Below are positions 10,103-20,582 of a stretch of 64,000 nucleotides of DNA, one piece after another (the stretch's first letter is position 1; each line of letters opens with the position of its first letter). The notes beneath the pieces are model-generated. The model was not told where the DNA came from, did no database searches, and saw nothing but the letters and a program-made list of their open reading frames with translations. Origin of the DNA: Promethearchaeota archaeon (lineage in GTDB: Archaea; Asgardarchaeota; Lokiarchaeia; Sigyniarchaeales; SOKP01); assembly GCA_019058245.1 (NCBI GenBank), contig JAHPZJ010000013.1:361166-425165 (forward strand). The letters run 5' to 3'. Made by a program: the position numbers and the translations under genes.

Positions 10103-10196
10103 CGATTTGTTTGATCAAAGATATTAAAGAAAATATACTGCTTTTTTACAAAATTGCAAATCAATTTTTAAACAATATAGGGGATTCAAGATAATT

Positions 10197-10799
10197 ATGA
10201 GCGAAAATGTAGAAAAATATATTAAAAGAAAAGTCTATAAATCCACAAGTTCCAGGATTGCACAAAAATTTGTTGATGCAGGATTAGAAAAAATAAGAGC
10301 TTGTATAAATTGTGGAACCTGCACTGGAAGTTGTCCAAGTGGTCGTAGAACAGCATATAGGACTCGTTCTGCGATCCGTCGTGCGTTAACTGGCGATGAA
10401 TCAGTATTAAAAGATGTTGATATTTGGTTATGCAGTACTTGTTATTATTGCTATGAAAGATGCCCTCGAGATATTCCTGTAACTGATATGATTATTAAAC
10501 TTAGAAATATAGCTGTAGAAGAAGGTTATATTTTAGATCCTCATTTTAGTTTAGCTAAAAATATTTTCTATGCTACAGGGCATGGTGTTCCTGCTAATGG
10601 AGAAGGCAATAAAAAATGGAGAGATTTAAGGGAATCCTATGGGTTACCACCATTACCTCCAACTGTTCATTCGTATCCTGAAGCTGTTAAGGAATGCCAA
10701 GATTTAATGGATGCTGTAGGATTTAAAAAACTATTGGATAATGCAGAAAAATTAAAAGAAGAAAGGAAAAAAAAAGAGAATAAAGAAAAGGAGGAATAA
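10197..10799 (+). CDS. hdrC: Heterodisulfide reductase subunit C
   Basis: CINCGTCTGSCPSG and IWLCSTCYYCYERCPR (two 4Fe-4S clusters); TGHGVP; operon with hdrB and hdrA. Confidence 0.93.
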   Translation: MSENVEKYIKRKVYKSTSSRIAQKFVDAGLEKIRACINCGTCTGSCPSGRRTAYRTRSAIRRALTGDESVLKDVDIWLCSTCYYCYERCPRDIPVTDMIIKLRNIAVEEGYILDPHFSLAKNIFYATGHGVPANGEGNKKWRDLRESYGLPPLPPTVHSYPEAVKECQDLMDAVGFKKLLDNAEKLKEERKKKENKEKEE

Positions 10800-10801
10800 A
10801 T

Positions 10802-11752
10802 ATGAGTAAGGATTATAAATGGAGATATGGATTTTTCTTAGGATGTGTAATTCCCAATCGTTATCCTATGATTGAAGCTTCAATTAGAAATGTTTTTGAT
10901 CATCTTGGAGCTGAGATTTTAGACTTACCAGGAGCATCATGTTGTCCTGCTCCAGGCGTTTTTAGGGCTTTTCATATACCAACTTGGTATGTTATTGCGG
11001 CTAGAAATATCTCAATTGCAGAGGAATTAGAAGTAAGTCCTCTCACTGGTTGTAATGGTTGTTATGGGACCCTTAGAGATGCTTGGTATGAACTTGAACA
11101 TGAATATGAAAAGAAAAAAGAAGTTAATGAATATCTTGCAAAAATTGGTCGGAAATATACTGGTACTTTTGAACCAAAACATGTTGTTCAAGCATTATAT
11201 CTCGATATGGGCTTAGATTATTTGAAAGATTTCATTAAATTAAAGTTCTCAGATTTAAAGGTAGGTGTGCATTATGGATGCCACATCGTAAAACCAAGTG
11301 AAAAAAGACCTTGGAATGGAGAATATGAAGCTCCAGAATTTCTTGATGAGATTGTTGAAATAACAGGTGCAAAAAGTATAGATTATAAAGATAAATTTAT
11401 GTGTTGTGGTGCAGGAGGAGCAGTTAGAACTGCAGTAAAAGAAGTTGCAGCAGATTTTACACGAGAAAAATTAGTAAATATGAGAGATGCTGGGGTTGAT
11501 ATTATAGTAGATTGTTGTCCCTTTTGTCATCTTCAATTGGATTTAGGTCAAGTTGAAGTAAATAATTATTATGGAGATATTATTGGAGAACCATTCCATA
11601 TACCTGTTATATATATAACTCAACTATTAGGAGTTGCATTTGGAATGGATCCTAATTTATTAGGTTTAGTTAAAAACCATGAATTATCAGGTGTTTCACC
11701 TTTTATTTCTATTGACCCATTTTTGAATATAGTTAAAGACCAATTAATATAG
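10802..11752 (+). CDS. hdrB: Heterodisulfide reductase subunit B
   Basis: FLGCVIPNRYP, CCPAPG, CNGC, HYGCH, CCGAGG, CPFCHLQLD (two CCG domains). Confidence 0.95.
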   Translation: MSKDYKWRYGFFLGCVIPNRYPMIEASIRNVFDHLGAEILDLPGASCCPAPGVFRAFHIPTWYVIAARNISIAEELEVSPLTGCNGCYGTLRDAWYELEHEYEKKKEVNEYLAKIGRKYTGTFEPKHVVQALYLDMGLDYLKDFIKLKFSDLKVGVHYGCHIVKPSEKRPWNGEYEAPEFLDEIVEITGAKSIDYKDKFMCCGAGGAVRTAVKEVAADFTREKLVNMRDAGVDIIVDCCPFCHLQLDLGQVEVNNYYGDIIGEPFHIPVIYITQLLGVAFGMDPNLLGLVKNHELSGVSPFISIDPFLNIVKDQLI

Positions 11753-13780
11753 GTGGAAAAAATGACAGAAACCAAGAAAAAAATTCAAGAAACTAAAAAA
11801 GAAATTATAGTTACTGGTAATGAAAGACCTAGGATTGGAGTTTACGTATGTCATTGTGGTATAAATATTGGTGGTGTTGTTTCAGTTCCAGATTTGGTAG
11901 AATATGCAAAAACTCTTCCAAACGTAGTATTGGCTAAAGAATACAAATTTATGTGTTCTGATAATGGTCAGAAAATGATCAAGGAAGATATTGAAGCAGG
12001 ATTAGTAAATAGAGTAATAGTTGCTGCATGCTCGCCAAGAATGCACGAACCTACTTTTAGAATTGCATGTAAGGAAGCTGGATTAAATCAGTTCTTATTT
12101 GAGATGGCAAACATTCGAGAGCATTCTACGTGGGTTCATATGAGAGAGCCAGAGGGTGCATTTGAGACTGCAAAAGATCACATTAGAATGGCTGTAGCAA
12201 AGGCACGAGAATTAGTCCCATTAGAAGTTCAGAAAGTAAAAGTTGAGCCATCTTGTTTAATCATTGGAGCAGGGATAGCAGGTATGAATGCTGCATTAGA
12301 TTTAGCTACAGAAGGGTATAAAGTATACTTAGTTGAAAAAAGTCCGACTATTGGTGGTCATATGGCACAACTTGATAAAACTTTCCCAACAATGGATTGT
12401 AGTAGCTGTATTCTTACACCTAAAATGTCTGAAATATCACGAGAGAAAAATATTGAACTTTTAACCTATTCTGAAGTTACAGAAGTTTCTGGGTATATCG
12501 GAAATTTTGATGTTACCATACTAAAGAAACCTCATTATGTAGATCAAGAAAAATGCACTGGATGTGGAGTATGTGTTGATTATTGTCCTGTGACTATTGG
12601 AAATGAATTCGATTTAGGAATGGCTACTCGAAAAGCAATATATATTCCATTTCCTCAAGCAGTTCCTGGACAATATACAATAGACATGGATCATTGTATA
12701 AAATGTGGAATTTGTGCTAGACAAGATGTATGTGAACCTGAAGCCATTAAATATGAAGATGAACCTGAATATATTAACATTAAAGTGGGTACAATAATCG
12801 TTACAACAGGTTGGGATTTATATGATCCAACAGAACTCAAACAATATGGATATGGAAGATATCCAAACGTGATTACAGGACTTCAAATGGAACGTTTATT
12901 AAGTTCTTTTGGACCCGTCACAGGTAAACCAGTAAGACCATCAGATCTTAAGGATCCTCATAGTATTGCATTTTTACAATGCGTTGGAAGCAGAAATTTT
13001 AGAGAAGGAGGGAATCAATACTGTTCTAGAGTGTGTTGTATGTATGCAACAAAACAAGCGAGACAATATAAGGAAAAGCACCCTGATGCAGAAATTTATA
13101 TTTTTTATATGGATATTCGAGCTTTTGGTAAAGGATATGAGGAATTCTACGAGTCTGCTGGTAGAAACTATGGAATTAGTTATATGAGAGGTAGAATTGC
13201 AGAAGTAACTGAAGATGAAGAACACAATATTATTATTCGATCTGAAGATACTTTACTTCAGCAACCTATTGAATTAAAAGTTGACTTGTTCGTACTATCA
13301 TGTGGAATAGAACCACGAGCAGATGCAGATATAATCACTTCTCTTTTAAGAATTCAAAGATCTGCAGATGGATTCTTTTTAGAAGCACATCCAAAATTAA
13401 GACCAGTTGATACTTTAACGGAGGGTATTTTTATTGCTGGTGTCGCTCAAGGTCCTAAGGATATTCCTGATTCGGTAGCTCAAGCAAAAGGAGCAGCATC
13501 AAGTGCCGCTGCTTTAATGGCTAAAGGAGAGGTTGAAATAGAACCTTTCTTCGGTGTTGTTCAGCCTGAAAGATGTATTGGATGTGGGATGTGTGTTGAG
13601 AATTGTGCCTATGGAGCAATTGAACTTGTTGAAGATCGACGGTTTGGTACCGTAGCTAAAATAAATGAAGCACTCTGTAAAGGATGTGGGGCTTGCTCTG
13701 GAAATTGCAGATGTTCAGCAATAGATATCAAAGGATTTACAGCTGAACAAATTTATTCAATAATCACAGATAGATTATAG
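11753..13780 (+). CDS. hdrA: Heterodisulfide reductase subunit A (Cys form; start may be ATG 11762)
   Basis: GVYVCHCGINI, AACSPRMHE, NIREH, GAGIAG FAD motif, LDKTFPTMDCSSCI, QCVGSR, YCSRVCCM, E.HPKLRPV, C-terminal ferredoxin. Confidence 0.96.
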   Translation: MEKMTETKKKIQETKKEIIVTGNERPRIGVYVCHCGINIGGVVSVPDLVEYAKTLPNVVLAKEYKFMCSDNGQKMIKEDIEAGLVNRVIVAACSPRMHEPTFRIACKEAGLNQFLFEMANIREHSTWVHMREPEGAFETAKDHIRMAVAKARELVPLEVQKVKVEPSCLIIGAGIAGMNAALDLATEGYKVYLVEKSPTIGGHMAQLDKTFPTMDCSSCILTPKMSEISREKNIELLTYSEVTEVSGYIGNFDVTILKKPHYVDQEKCTGCGVCVDYCPVTIGNEFDLGMATRKAIYIPFPQAVPGQYTIDMDHCIKCGICARQDVCEPEAIKYEDEPEYINIKVGTIIVTTGWDLYDPTELKQYGYGRYPNVITGLQMERLLSSFGPVTGKPVRPSDLKDPHSIAFLQCVGSRNFREGGNQYCSRVCCMYATKQARQYKEKHPDAEIYIFYMDIRAFGKGYEEFYESAGRNYGISYMRGRIAEVTEDEEHNIIIRSEDTLLQQPIELKVDLFVLSCGIEPRADADIITSLLRIQRSADGFFLEAHPKLRPVDTLTEGIFIAGVAQGPKDIPDSVAQAKGAASSAAALMAKGEVEIEPFFGVVQPERCIGCGMCVENCAYGAIELVEDRRFGTVAKINEALCKGCGACSGNCRCSAIDIKGFTAEQIYSIITDRL

Positions 13781-13796
13781 AATTTAAGAATAAGTC

Positions 13797-13805
13797 TTTT
13801 TTTTT
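13797..13805 (+). terminator. Oligo-T archaeal terminator after hdrA
   Basis: T9 run 16 bp after the stop codon. Confidence 0.5.
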
Positions 13806-14282
13806 GTTATACCAAAATTTTCAAATTTTGAGCTATATATTGATTAATTGATTCAAATATTAATAATTATTTTTCGAAAGCCAATTTTAAGTCTATAATT
13901 GATTAATATATTTTGATTGGTATTCAGGGGAATGATTACACTAATATCTTTCTATTAGAAATGTATGATTAAATATAATTCAAAATGTCGTTGAAAATCC
14001 ATAAATCCTAGAATATCAGAAAGATTTCTTTAAGATATTATTGTGCAAATATTCTTTTTTATATTAAATTCTATTAAATTAATTATTTCTAAAGTATTTT
14101 TCAAATCATTATTTAAGAGTCAGGAAATTAATTAACACATGGATATAAAAAGGAATGTAATTGTTTATAATTTGATAGTACCCTTACCCCACAATTTTAT
14201 TCTTTGGAGCTATCTTATAGGATTTTAGGGGATAATTTCAAAGAATAAATATTGTGCTATGAGATAATTTATCTAATAACTG

Positions 14283-15473
14283 GTGGTTGATATTATAAAT
14301 AAAAGTATTTTTTTCGAAGAAGAGATTGAAAAAAGTTTCAGAATTGAGATAGTTTGTCCAGTTTGCAAAAAATATGGACAGGTTGATGTACCTAAAAATA
14401 TTTTAAAAAAAGAAGGAATAACAACAATATCAATTCCAAGTAATTCTTTGTGTGAACATAATTTTCAAGTCTTTTTAGATCCACATAATGCCGTTCGTGG
14501 ATATCAGAGAGTTGATTTTGAAATTGAAGCGAGTAGTTCTAATTCAACTGAGTTCACTTGTTTGATGTGTGGTGCTGAAGTTAGATTTAATATTAATGAT
14601 GAGAACTCATATCTTAAAAAACAAGAGAACGAGAAATTCTTTGGTAAAGAGACATGTTCATATGAAGTTGCCCATTACTTTAAAGATGAATTACATGTAA
14701 ATAATGTTCTCGTTGAAAATGATGGTCGATTCCAAGATTATCTGAATACATATAAAGTAAAACTTGAAAATTATAAGACTGTAGAAGATAAGACTCAAAA
14801 ATTATATAAATTAAGTAATATAAGTCAAAAACCATTAGAATCACATCCTATCTTTAATATCTTTCTAATTTTCAATACATTTAATAATTGGGTATCTGAG
14901 CTTGTAACACCATCTCAAATTAATATAATGGAATTAATAAATCTCATTGATGCTAAAATGCAAGAAACACGAAAAGTATATTCCACTTTACCTGAATACT
15001 TGAATATTTCAATAGCGGAACGAGACTTTCACATCTGGAATTCTGGTGATAATTTCATCTGTCTTAATTTAAATGAAGAAATTTCAGAGATTCCGTGGTT
15101 AATTAAATTAATCTCAAATCTGAATAGTCAAATTAATTCTGATGCACAATTAATTTCAAAAAGCCCTAGAATTTTATTGATATCAGAGTTTTTGAATCAT
15201 TCGAATATCGATAAAAAGAAAGAAGCTTTAATAGATCGGTTAATATTTGATGATCTACTTTATTCGAAGATTGAGATTAGATATAAAGACAGAATACCTC
15301 GAATTATAGAAAAAGTAAGTCCTATGTTTTCTATTGATCAAGAATATTTAGTTTCATACTTTAATACAAATCTTAGTACCATAGAATTTTTAAGAAGCAC
15401 AGGTAGTATTGATTCATTTGAGAAACTTTTAAAAGTTATTGATTTTGTAAATAGGAGAAATTTACTCATGTAA
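14283..15473 (+). CDS. Hypothetical protein with N-terminal Zn-ribbon-like modules
   Basis: CPVC...CEH.F.V..D....VRGYQ.VDF, and a second CLMC...H...H cluster. Confidence 0.7.
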   Translation: MVDIINKSIFFEEEIEKSFRIEIVCPVCKKYGQVDVPKNILKKEGITTISIPSNSLCEHNFQVFLDPHNAVRGYQRVDFEIEASSSNSTEFTCLMCGAEVRFNINDENSYLKKQENEKFFGKETCSYEVAHYFKDELHVNNVLVENDGRFQDYLNTYKVKLENYKTVEDKTQKLYKLSNISQKPLESHPIFNIFLIFNTFNNWVSELVTPSQINIMELINLIDAKMQETRKVYSTLPEYLNISIAERDFHIWNSGDNFICLNLNEEISEIPWLIKLISNLNSQINSDAQLISKSPRILLISEFLNHSNIDKKKEALIDRLIFDDLLYSKIEIRYKDRIPRIIEKVSPMFSIDQEYLVSYFNTNLSTIEFLRSTGSIDSFEKLLKVIDFVNRRNLLM

Positions 15474-15571
15474 AATGATATTTGTTTAGTTAAAAATGGA
15501 CTATTAAATAATTATTAAAATTTGAATTGAGAAAAATTTATAAAAAAACAGAAAAGGAGGGAAAAATAATA

Positions 15572-16615
15572 ATGGCAAATTTAGGTAAACGTATAAATGC
15601 ATGGAAAAATCTAATGAAAATAGGATCATTGAGAAAATTCTTAAAACAATTTAGTAAATATTGGCGAGACATTGTAATAGTAGGATTGAAAGATAATTTT
15701 CTTAATTTCCTCCAACATCCACATACATTCTCGGAAATTAAAGAACAATTTAAAGTAACAGATGATAATTTTCTTTATCTTTTATTAGATACTCTTTTAA
15801 GTGATAATACAATTGAAAAAACTAATTATGGATTCTTATTAAAGAAGTCCTTAGATTTTGAAATTGTAGCTCCAAGTATTCAAAATGAATCACTCTGTGA
15901 TTTAATGGAGAGTATGGCAAAAGCTATTTTTAATCGCCTTTTTCATGAATTTCATGACATATCATCTGGATTCAATTTATTTGTTTTTGATGATGCTTTA
16001 CATCTAAAAATATATGATACTGTACGTCGTGCATCAGTTTCATTTGTTCCTAATTCTTTAAAAAATCCTGGAATGTTTCTTGATTTAGGATGTGGAAGTG
16101 GAGCTGAAACAGCAGATTTATGGGTTCAAATGATGGAGAAATGCAAATTTAAACCTAAAAATGGCTTTAAACTAATAGGTGTAGATATCAATGACAATTT
16201 TATAGATATTGCAAACAATGAGTTTTATGAAGTTTTAAAAGATTTTACAGATCTATCAGAGGAAGCTTATTTAGATCTAAAACCATATCATCCTGAATTT
16301 AAGACGGGAACAGCAACCAAGATTCCATATCCTGATAATTATTTTGATTATATTTATACTTCACAAGTACTACACTGGACAAATTTAAAATCTTCTTTAA
16401 AGGAAATATATCGTTGTTTAAAACCTGGAGGTATATATTTCGGAACAAATGCGTTAATTCCACATGCAAATCCTTATTTAAATCTAATATTACACACTAT
16501 TGAAGGAGCTAGAGGATTTTTTTCTAAAGAGGAATTTATAACAGAGGCAAAACAGGAAGGTTTTACTGATTTCAGGTTCGTTACTCCAAGTACGGTATTT
16601 AAATTTAAAAAATAA
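15572..16615 (+). CDS. Class I SAM-dependent methyltransferase with N-terminal wHTH-like region
   Basis: FLDLGCGSG; GVDI; IPYPDNYFD; QVLHW; RCLKPGG. An SD (AAGGAGG) precedes ATG 15572, while the ORF track starts at TTG 15527. Confidence 0.85.
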   Translation: MANLGKRINAWKNLMKIGSLRKFLKQFSKYWRDIVIVGLKDNFLNFLQHPHTFSEIKEQFKVTDDNFLYLLLDTLLSDNTIEKTNYGFLLKKSLDFEIVAPSIQNESLCDLMESMAKAIFNRLFHEFHDISSGFNLFVFDDALHLKIYDTVRRASVSFVPNSLKNPGMFLDLGCGSGAETADLWVQMMEKCKFKPKNGFKLIGVDINDNFIDIANNEFYEVLKDFTDLSEEAYLDLKPYHPEFKTGTATKIPYPDNYFDYIYTSQVLHWTNLKSSLKEIYRCLKPGGIYFGTNALIPHANPYLNLILHTIEGARGFFSKEEFITEAKQEGFTDFRFVTPSTVFKFKK

Positions 16616-16619
16616 TACC

Positions 16620-16633
16620 TTTTTTTTTTTTTT
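16620..16633 (+). terminator. Oligo-T terminator
   Basis: T14 run just after the methyltransferase stop. Confidence 0.55.
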
Positions 16634-16938
16634 ATCTACAAAAATTAATCATTTAGAAAAGTATTACTAAAAAAGTTCAATTTACTTAAAGAATATCAAA
16701 TTTGAAATAGTTAGATTAATTAACAAAGAAAATACTATAGGTGCGTTAAAATTTTATAGCTAAAAATTTACAAATTTTAATTTTGATTAACAATGAAAAA
16801 TAGCTTTTAATTTTCTTCAAATAGGTTTGTATGACATTCATTTTTATAGTTAGTTTTTTATATAAAAGCGCAAGTTAACAAAATTTATTTAACTCATATA
16901 TCCTTAAAACTCATTAATACTCATATTCCTAATAATTT

Positions 16939-17937
16939 GTGGGGGATTTTTTTAAATTGTTAAAAAATATTTACATAAGAGATTTAACTAAAGATGATTC
17001 TGAAAAGATAATTAATTTAATTAAAAAGGTTTATGGAAAGTTCTATTTTGAAGAAGAATATTATGATATTGATTTTATACAAAAAAAATTAAGAGAAAAG
17101 TACACCTACTGGAAAGGAGCTGTTTTAAATGATAAATTAATTGGACAGATGCTTTTTACTCTTGGTCATGGCGCAGGTTACCTAAAATTGACCATGACTG
17201 ATCCCGAATTCCAAGGAAAGAGAATTATCTCGCAAATGGGTTTAGAAATGATGAAAGTAAAAAAAAATATGAATTCCTCAATTTTTAAATGTGCCTATGC
17301 TATCATTACTGAGAACAATTTCCCTATGAAAAAAATTTTGAATAATTTTAATTTTAGATATCTAGGTCGAATTCCTTATCATGAAAACAACAAAGGGTTG
17401 ATAATTTTTGGTCGTGTTATGTATGATCTCAATTGGAAAATAATAAGACCACATTTAAAGCTAGGTCCTTTAATATACGAATCAATTCGATCTGCAGGTA
17501 TAAAAAGGATTATGTCTACCTCAAATTTGAATGATAATTCCCTTTTCCATATAAAGAATAACATCGAAATTTTTAGATCAAAAGTAAAATACGGTGATAC
17601 TAACATAGTCCAAATTCATAATAAAAAAAGAGAAAAAATTGCAGAATTCGTTGAGAATCAATATCAAAAATGTTGGTATGATTTTAGGTTTCTAAGAAAT
17701 AACTTAGATCTAGTAAGTAAAAAGAAAATAATTAATAAGGTGTTACAAGAATATTCACAAAACAAAAGTATAAACGCTATTTCATTTCCAATACATGTTG
17801 ATGATGTAATTAGCCAAAATATGTTAATAAATCTGGGAGCAAAATACTATGCTTATCTTCCATTTTATTTCAAGGATTATGATTCAATTTTACTTGGATT
17901 TTCAAAAATTGAAAAAAGAGGTGTATTTAGAAATTAG
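16939..17937 (+). CDS. GNAT-family N-acetyltransferase (possibly with a second degenerate GNAT domain)
   Basis: IRDLTKDD; motif A TDPEFQGKRI; N...KILNNFNF.YLG. Confidence 0.7.
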   Translation: MGDFFKLLKNIYIRDLTKDDSEKIINLIKKVYGKFYFEEEYYDIDFIQKKLREKYTYWKGAVLNDKLIGQMLFTLGHGAGYLKLTMTDPEFQGKRIISQMGLEMMKVKKNMNSSIFKCAYAIITENNFPMKKILNNFNFRYLGRIPYHENNKGLIIFGRVMYDLNWKIIRPHLKLGPLIYESIRSAGIKRIMSTSNLNDNSLFHIKNNIEIFRSKVKYGDTNIVQIHNKKREKIAEFVENQYQKCWYDFRFLRNNLDLVSKKKIINKVLQEYSQNKSINAISFPIHVDDVISQNMLINLGAKYYAYLPFYFKDYDSILLGFSKIEKRGVFRN

Positions 17938-19462
17938 AACAAAAATAATGTATATTAAATCTCTTCCACCAAATTTAGGTTCTACTGAAGATTTCGCATT
18001 AGAAGTTTTGAATAATCCAAAATATGATGCATATCCTCAATATGTAAATAAAAATGATATCCAAAAAGCTTTTGATGAATTTGGGCATAAACTTAATCCA
18101 TTTAATTCCATGATTTATAGTAATAGTTTAAACTCTCCAAATATTGAAGGGCGTTTTTTATCTATAAATACTCCTGAAATTGATTCTATTATCATTGATG
18201 ACGCTATTACTGAAGAAAAACTTAGAGAAATTATTGATAGAGAAGATGATATCACTCATATAGGCTTAAGCGTATATGCTAGTAGATTAGAAAACGCCAT
18301 TAAAATAATTGAAATTATCAACAATGACTACCCTGAGCTAGAACTGTTTATAGGTGGTATTGGGGTTATATTTGAAAGAGTGAGTAGATTGGTTAAGAAA
18401 AACAACATCTGCCTAGGGAATGGTGTTGTTTGGTTAAGAAAAAAATTTAATTTATCTGAACTCAAAATAAAAGACTATAAGATTTCTACTGTAATCATGA
18501 ATACGCGGCTATTTCCTGTAAATTTTAAAACAGCTTATATGGTAACTCAAATTGGTTGTCCATATAGTTGTGATTTTTGTGTGACAGCGAAACAATTGCA
18601 ATATTCACCTTTTTCAAAATCAAAAGAGATTATAGAAAACTTAAGAAATTTATTAGAAATGGATCGAAGGGACAAAATTTTATATTTGTGTGAACCTAAT
18701 GCACTATTTCCGGAACGAGATTGGAATGAGGTTTTTAATTATTTCATGAATTATAAGGGCAGTTATGATAATTATTTGTATATTTTTTGTCTGATTTCAT
18801 TAAATCATTTATGTAATTTTAACCTCAGAAGAATACAAGAAAAATGTAGAGTTAAATTTCTTATGGTAAATTTCGGTATAGAATCAACACTTGAAGGAGG
18901 TTATGAAAAAAATTACGGGATCTCTAAAGATTTCGTGAAAGGTTTGTCTGATATGGGAATTACTACAAACCATAATTTTATTATTGGATTACCTCATCAT
19001 ACAACTAAAAATATTGATTTAGAAATTAAAGGAAACTTGGAGTATAATTCTAATTTATATTTCATCTCAACACTTAAAGCTGTACCTCGAACTTATTTAT
19101 ACGAACTCCTTAAGAAAGAGGGAAGGATTTTTGGAGATGATTTACCTGCTGAATTAGTATACCAAGATGGATTTCTTAATTTTAATCATAAAGCACTTGG
19201 AGGAGGATTTTCTGTACTAAAATATGCATTTAAAGCATATCATCAGGTTGAAAAAAAAGTTATCGACGTATATTCAAATATGGCTGACACCTTATTAAAT
19301 TCTCCTTTAGCAAATAAATCATCTATTTTAAAAAAAACAATTAATGTATTATTAAATCTTAGTGCTCATAACTTTAACCTATTTAAACCGAGAATGCCTA
19401 AAGATCTTTCTAATATTTATCGTGCTAAAATCCGGATGTTAACCCAAAAAAATATTCAATGA
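17921..19462 (+). CDS. Radical SAM protein, probably B12-binding (start uncertain: GTG 17921 or ATG 17948)
   Basis: GCPYSCDFC triad; N-terminal HIGLSV...LFIGG Rossmann-like B12 region; FGIES; FIIGLP; P.T.LY..L..EGRI. Overlaps or abuts the GNAT gene. Confidence 0.85.
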   Translation: MYLEIRTKIMYIKSLPPNLGSTEDFALEVLNNPKYDAYPQYVNKNDIQKAFDEFGHKLNPFNSMIYSNSLNSPNIEGRFLSINTPEIDSIIIDDAITEEKLREIIDREDDITHIGLSVYASRLENAIKIIEIINNDYPELELFIGGIGVIFERVSRLVKKNNICLGNGVVWLRKKFNLSELKIKDYKISTVIMNTRLFPVNFKTAYMVTQIGCPYSCDFCVTAKQLQYSPFSKSKEIIENLRNLLEMDRRDKILYLCEPNALFPERDWNEVFNYFMNYKGSYDNYLYIFCLISLNHLCNFNLRRIQEKCRVKFLMVNFGIESTLEGGYEKNYGISKDFVKGLSDMGITTNHNFIIGLPHHTTKNIDLEIKGNLEYNSNLYFISTLKAVPRTYLYELLKKEGRIFGDDLPAELVYQDGFLNFNHKALGGGFSVLKYAFKAYHQVEKKVIDVYSNMADTLLNSPLANKSSILKKTINVLLNLSAHNFNLFKPRMPKDLSNIYRAKIRMLTQKNIQ

Positions 19463-19471
19463 ATTTGTAGT

Positions 19472-20536
19472 TCACTTTAAATATATAGAATTATCAAATT
19501 CCTCAAATTCAATTTTTAATTCATTAAAAATTATTTTTAGAATATTGTATTCTGTTGTATTTTTTTCTATAAGTAACTGGAAAGATAATTTTGATTTATC
19601 AATTAGATTAATCCATCTAAATTTTCTAAATAATTCTAACAATTTAATTCTAAATTTTCTTGGTGGTATCCATTTGTTTAAATCATCAATTATTTCTCTT
19701 ATTAAAATTAAACCATCATCAATATTTTTAAACGCTATTATTGGCAATTTAGAATTATTAATTCTTATCCATAAGTGTAAATCATCCTCATCCTCTAAGA
19801 TCTTATTAAAATTTGTAAAATATGCTGTATTATACTCAAAAAGTTTTTCTCTCTCCTCTAAAGCAGCTTCATTTAATTTGAATAAATCAGTCATTTCAAA
19901 ATCTATTCTAGTATAATTATTTGAATGAGATACTTTATCAATTTTCATACCTATAAATCCAAAGACCCCAGCAATAAATTTAGAAAAATCATAATGCATT
20001 TCAGGATAAATTCCAAAATATTGAAATATGTACTTATTTCCACTAAGTTCAATCGTTACATCTTTGGTGATATTGTTTCTTATCATGAAGTTCTTGAATC
20101 TATTTAAAGTTATTATAGCTTCTTCTTCGTTAATAGTTTTTCCACCAGTGAAAAAATTGTGATACAACATAAATACATTTAGCAATTTTTTCAGATCAAG
20201 CTTTTTATACTTATCATTTCCAACAATTAATTCATAATACACAGTTAAAGCTCTAAATGTAATTTTCTCATAAAATGATTTCACTTTAGTATCGACTGCA
20301 AGCTCTAAATCTTCGAAAGTTTTACCTTTTAAAAAGAGGTTCATTATTTTTTCTAAAACCTTGGTTATAAACGAAGAATATGATTTTATATTATCATTAA
20401 TTGCATTGCCTTTTTCTTTCTGTCGTTCTTCTTCGTATTTTAAATACCTTTTAATCCAGTCATCAAGATATTCAGGTAAAGTAATAGATCTTCTTATCTT
20501 TTTCTTAGATAATCTTCTTGGTTTTGGAATTGGCAT
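19472..20536 (-). CDS. Ribbon-helix-helix DNA-binding protein with a large C-terminal domain
   Basis: N-terminal RRSITLPEYLDDWIKRYL...SYSSFITKVLE matches the RHH pattern. Confidence 0.6.
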   Translation of the reverse strand: MPIPKPRRLSKKKIRRSITLPEYLDDWIKRYLKYEEERQKEKGNAINDNIKSYSSFITKVLEKIMNLFLKGKTFEDLELAVDTKVKSFYEKITFRALTVYYELIVGNDKYKKLDLKKLLNVFMLYHNFFTGGKTINEEEAIITLNRFKNFMIRNNITKDVTIELSGNKYIFQYFGIYPEMHYDFSKFIAGVFGFIGMKIDKVSHSNNYTRIDFEMTDLFKLNEAALEEREKLFEYNTAYFTNFNKILEDEDDLHLWIRINNSKLPIIAFKNIDDGLILIREIIDDLNKWIPPRKFRIKLLELFRKFRWINLIDKSKLSFQLLIEKNTTEYNILKIIFNELKIEFEEFDNSIYLK

Positions 20537-20582
20537 AAATACTCAAAAAAATGCAATTATTAAGAAATATATCCTATATTAT

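Noticed and set aside
12380-12420. Selenocysteine in HdrA (Lokiarchaeia have Sec-HdrA)
   Set aside because: The DCSSC motif uses TGT codons, and there is no in-frame TGA in hdrA, bcp or the Mo enzyme.
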